From: Armatimonadia bacterium
GTDB lineage: Bacteria > Armatimonadota > Zipacnadia > Zipacnadales > UBA11051
Assembly (NCBI GenBank): GCA_039683575.1
Contig: JBDKRC010000054.1
Location: 1-38,377 of the forward strand
DNA length: 38,377 nt
Reading direction: 5' to 3'
Positions within the stretch are counted from its first letter, which is position 1; the number at the start of each line of letters is the position of its first letter. Shown in pieces: positions 37,781 to 38,377 of this stretch. A program made the translations under genes and the position numbers. Below the pieces are notes generated by a model. That model did not search any database. It saw only the letters and a list, made by a program, of their open reading frames with translations, and was not told the origin of the DNA.

Positions 37781-38377
37781 ATGCTACCCAACGAACTTCT
37801 GAAACGAATTCGCCAGATCGAGATCTATACCGATCACCTCGCCAATGACGTGTTCGCGGGCCAGTACCAGTCCACGTTCAAGGGCCAGGGGATGGAATTC
37901 GCCGAGGTACGCCAGTACGTCCCGGGCGACGATGTCCGCACCATTGACTGGCGTGTATCTGCCCGGACGCGCAAGCCCTACGTCCGCCGCTATGTCGAGG
38001 AACGCGAACTGACTGTGATGCTGGTCGTGGACGCCAGTGGCAGCATGAATTTCGGCACCTGCGCGACTACCAAGGCCGAGACCATGGCCGAGGCCGCTGC
38101 CACGCTCGCCTTCTCTGCCATCCGCAACAATGACAAGGTCGGGCTGCTGGTTTTCACGGATGAGGTCGAGGCCTACATTCCACCCACCAAGGGCCGTCGC
38201 CAGGTCCTCCGCGTCATCCGCGAGGTGCTCTACACCAGCCCCCAGCGACGCAGCACCAACCTCGCGCAGGCGCTGGAGTACGTCAACCGCGTGCTGACCC
38301 GCCGCGCGATCATCTTTGTCGTCTCAGACTTCCTGACCGGCGGCTATGCCCGCCCGCTCAGCGTCGCCGCACGCCGC
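37781..38377 (+). CDS. DUF58 domain protein, truncated by the window end
   Basis: Translated by hand: MLPNELLKRIRQIEI...FKGQGMEFAEVRQYVPGDDVRTIDW...EERELTVMLVVDASGSM; usual MoxR partner; absent from the ORF track because no stop is reached. Confidence 0.9.
   Translation, partial: MLPNELLKRIRQIEIYTDHLANDVFAGQYQSTFKGQGMEFAEVRQYVPGDDVRTIDWRVSARTRKPYVRRYVEERELTVMLVVDASGSMNFGTCATTKAETMAEAAATLAFSAIRNNDKVGLLVFTDEVEAYIPPTKGRRQVLRVIREVLYTSPQRRSTNLAQALEYVNRVLTRRAIIFVVSDFLTGGYARPLSVAARR

Overview
GC-rich bacterial chromosomal window, probably Armatimonadota or a related lineage (inferred from two prepilin-type/DUF1559-like genes with the [24 protein letters not shown] start and a C-terminal H-X9-DG motif). 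It is mostly core genome. On the minus strand, in window order: a YbhGFSR-like ABC export operon, RNase J, a family-4 uracil-DNA glycosylase, dapA, a (AAPKK)16 histone H1-like protein, a putative sugar catabolic cluster (xylulokinase, a tandem DUF1284-like protein, a cyclophilin-like protein, two TIM-barrel epimerase/isomerases, glycerate kinase; PfkB is divergent on plus), obgE, a second tandem DUF1284-like protein, a prepilin-like gene, and the rimP-nusA-infB-ylxP-rbfA-nrnA-truB-ribF-leuB operon. On the plus strand: two secreted proteins sharing an unrecognised ~105-aa domain, a TPR plus degenerate M48 protein, a flippase, an M42 peptidase and a moxR-(prepilin)-DUF58 unit. No rRNA, tRNA, transposase or CRISPR array was seen. 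The most notable points are an IF2_N-like domain fused to the NusA C-terminus (with ylxR/ylxQ absent), paired tandem Cys-rich DUF1284-like paralogs, the three-copy secreted domain, a pilin-like gene wedged into moxR-DUF58, an M48 pseudo-peptidase, and dispersed GTAG-type REP hairpins. All family calls come from motif recognition by eye, not database searches.
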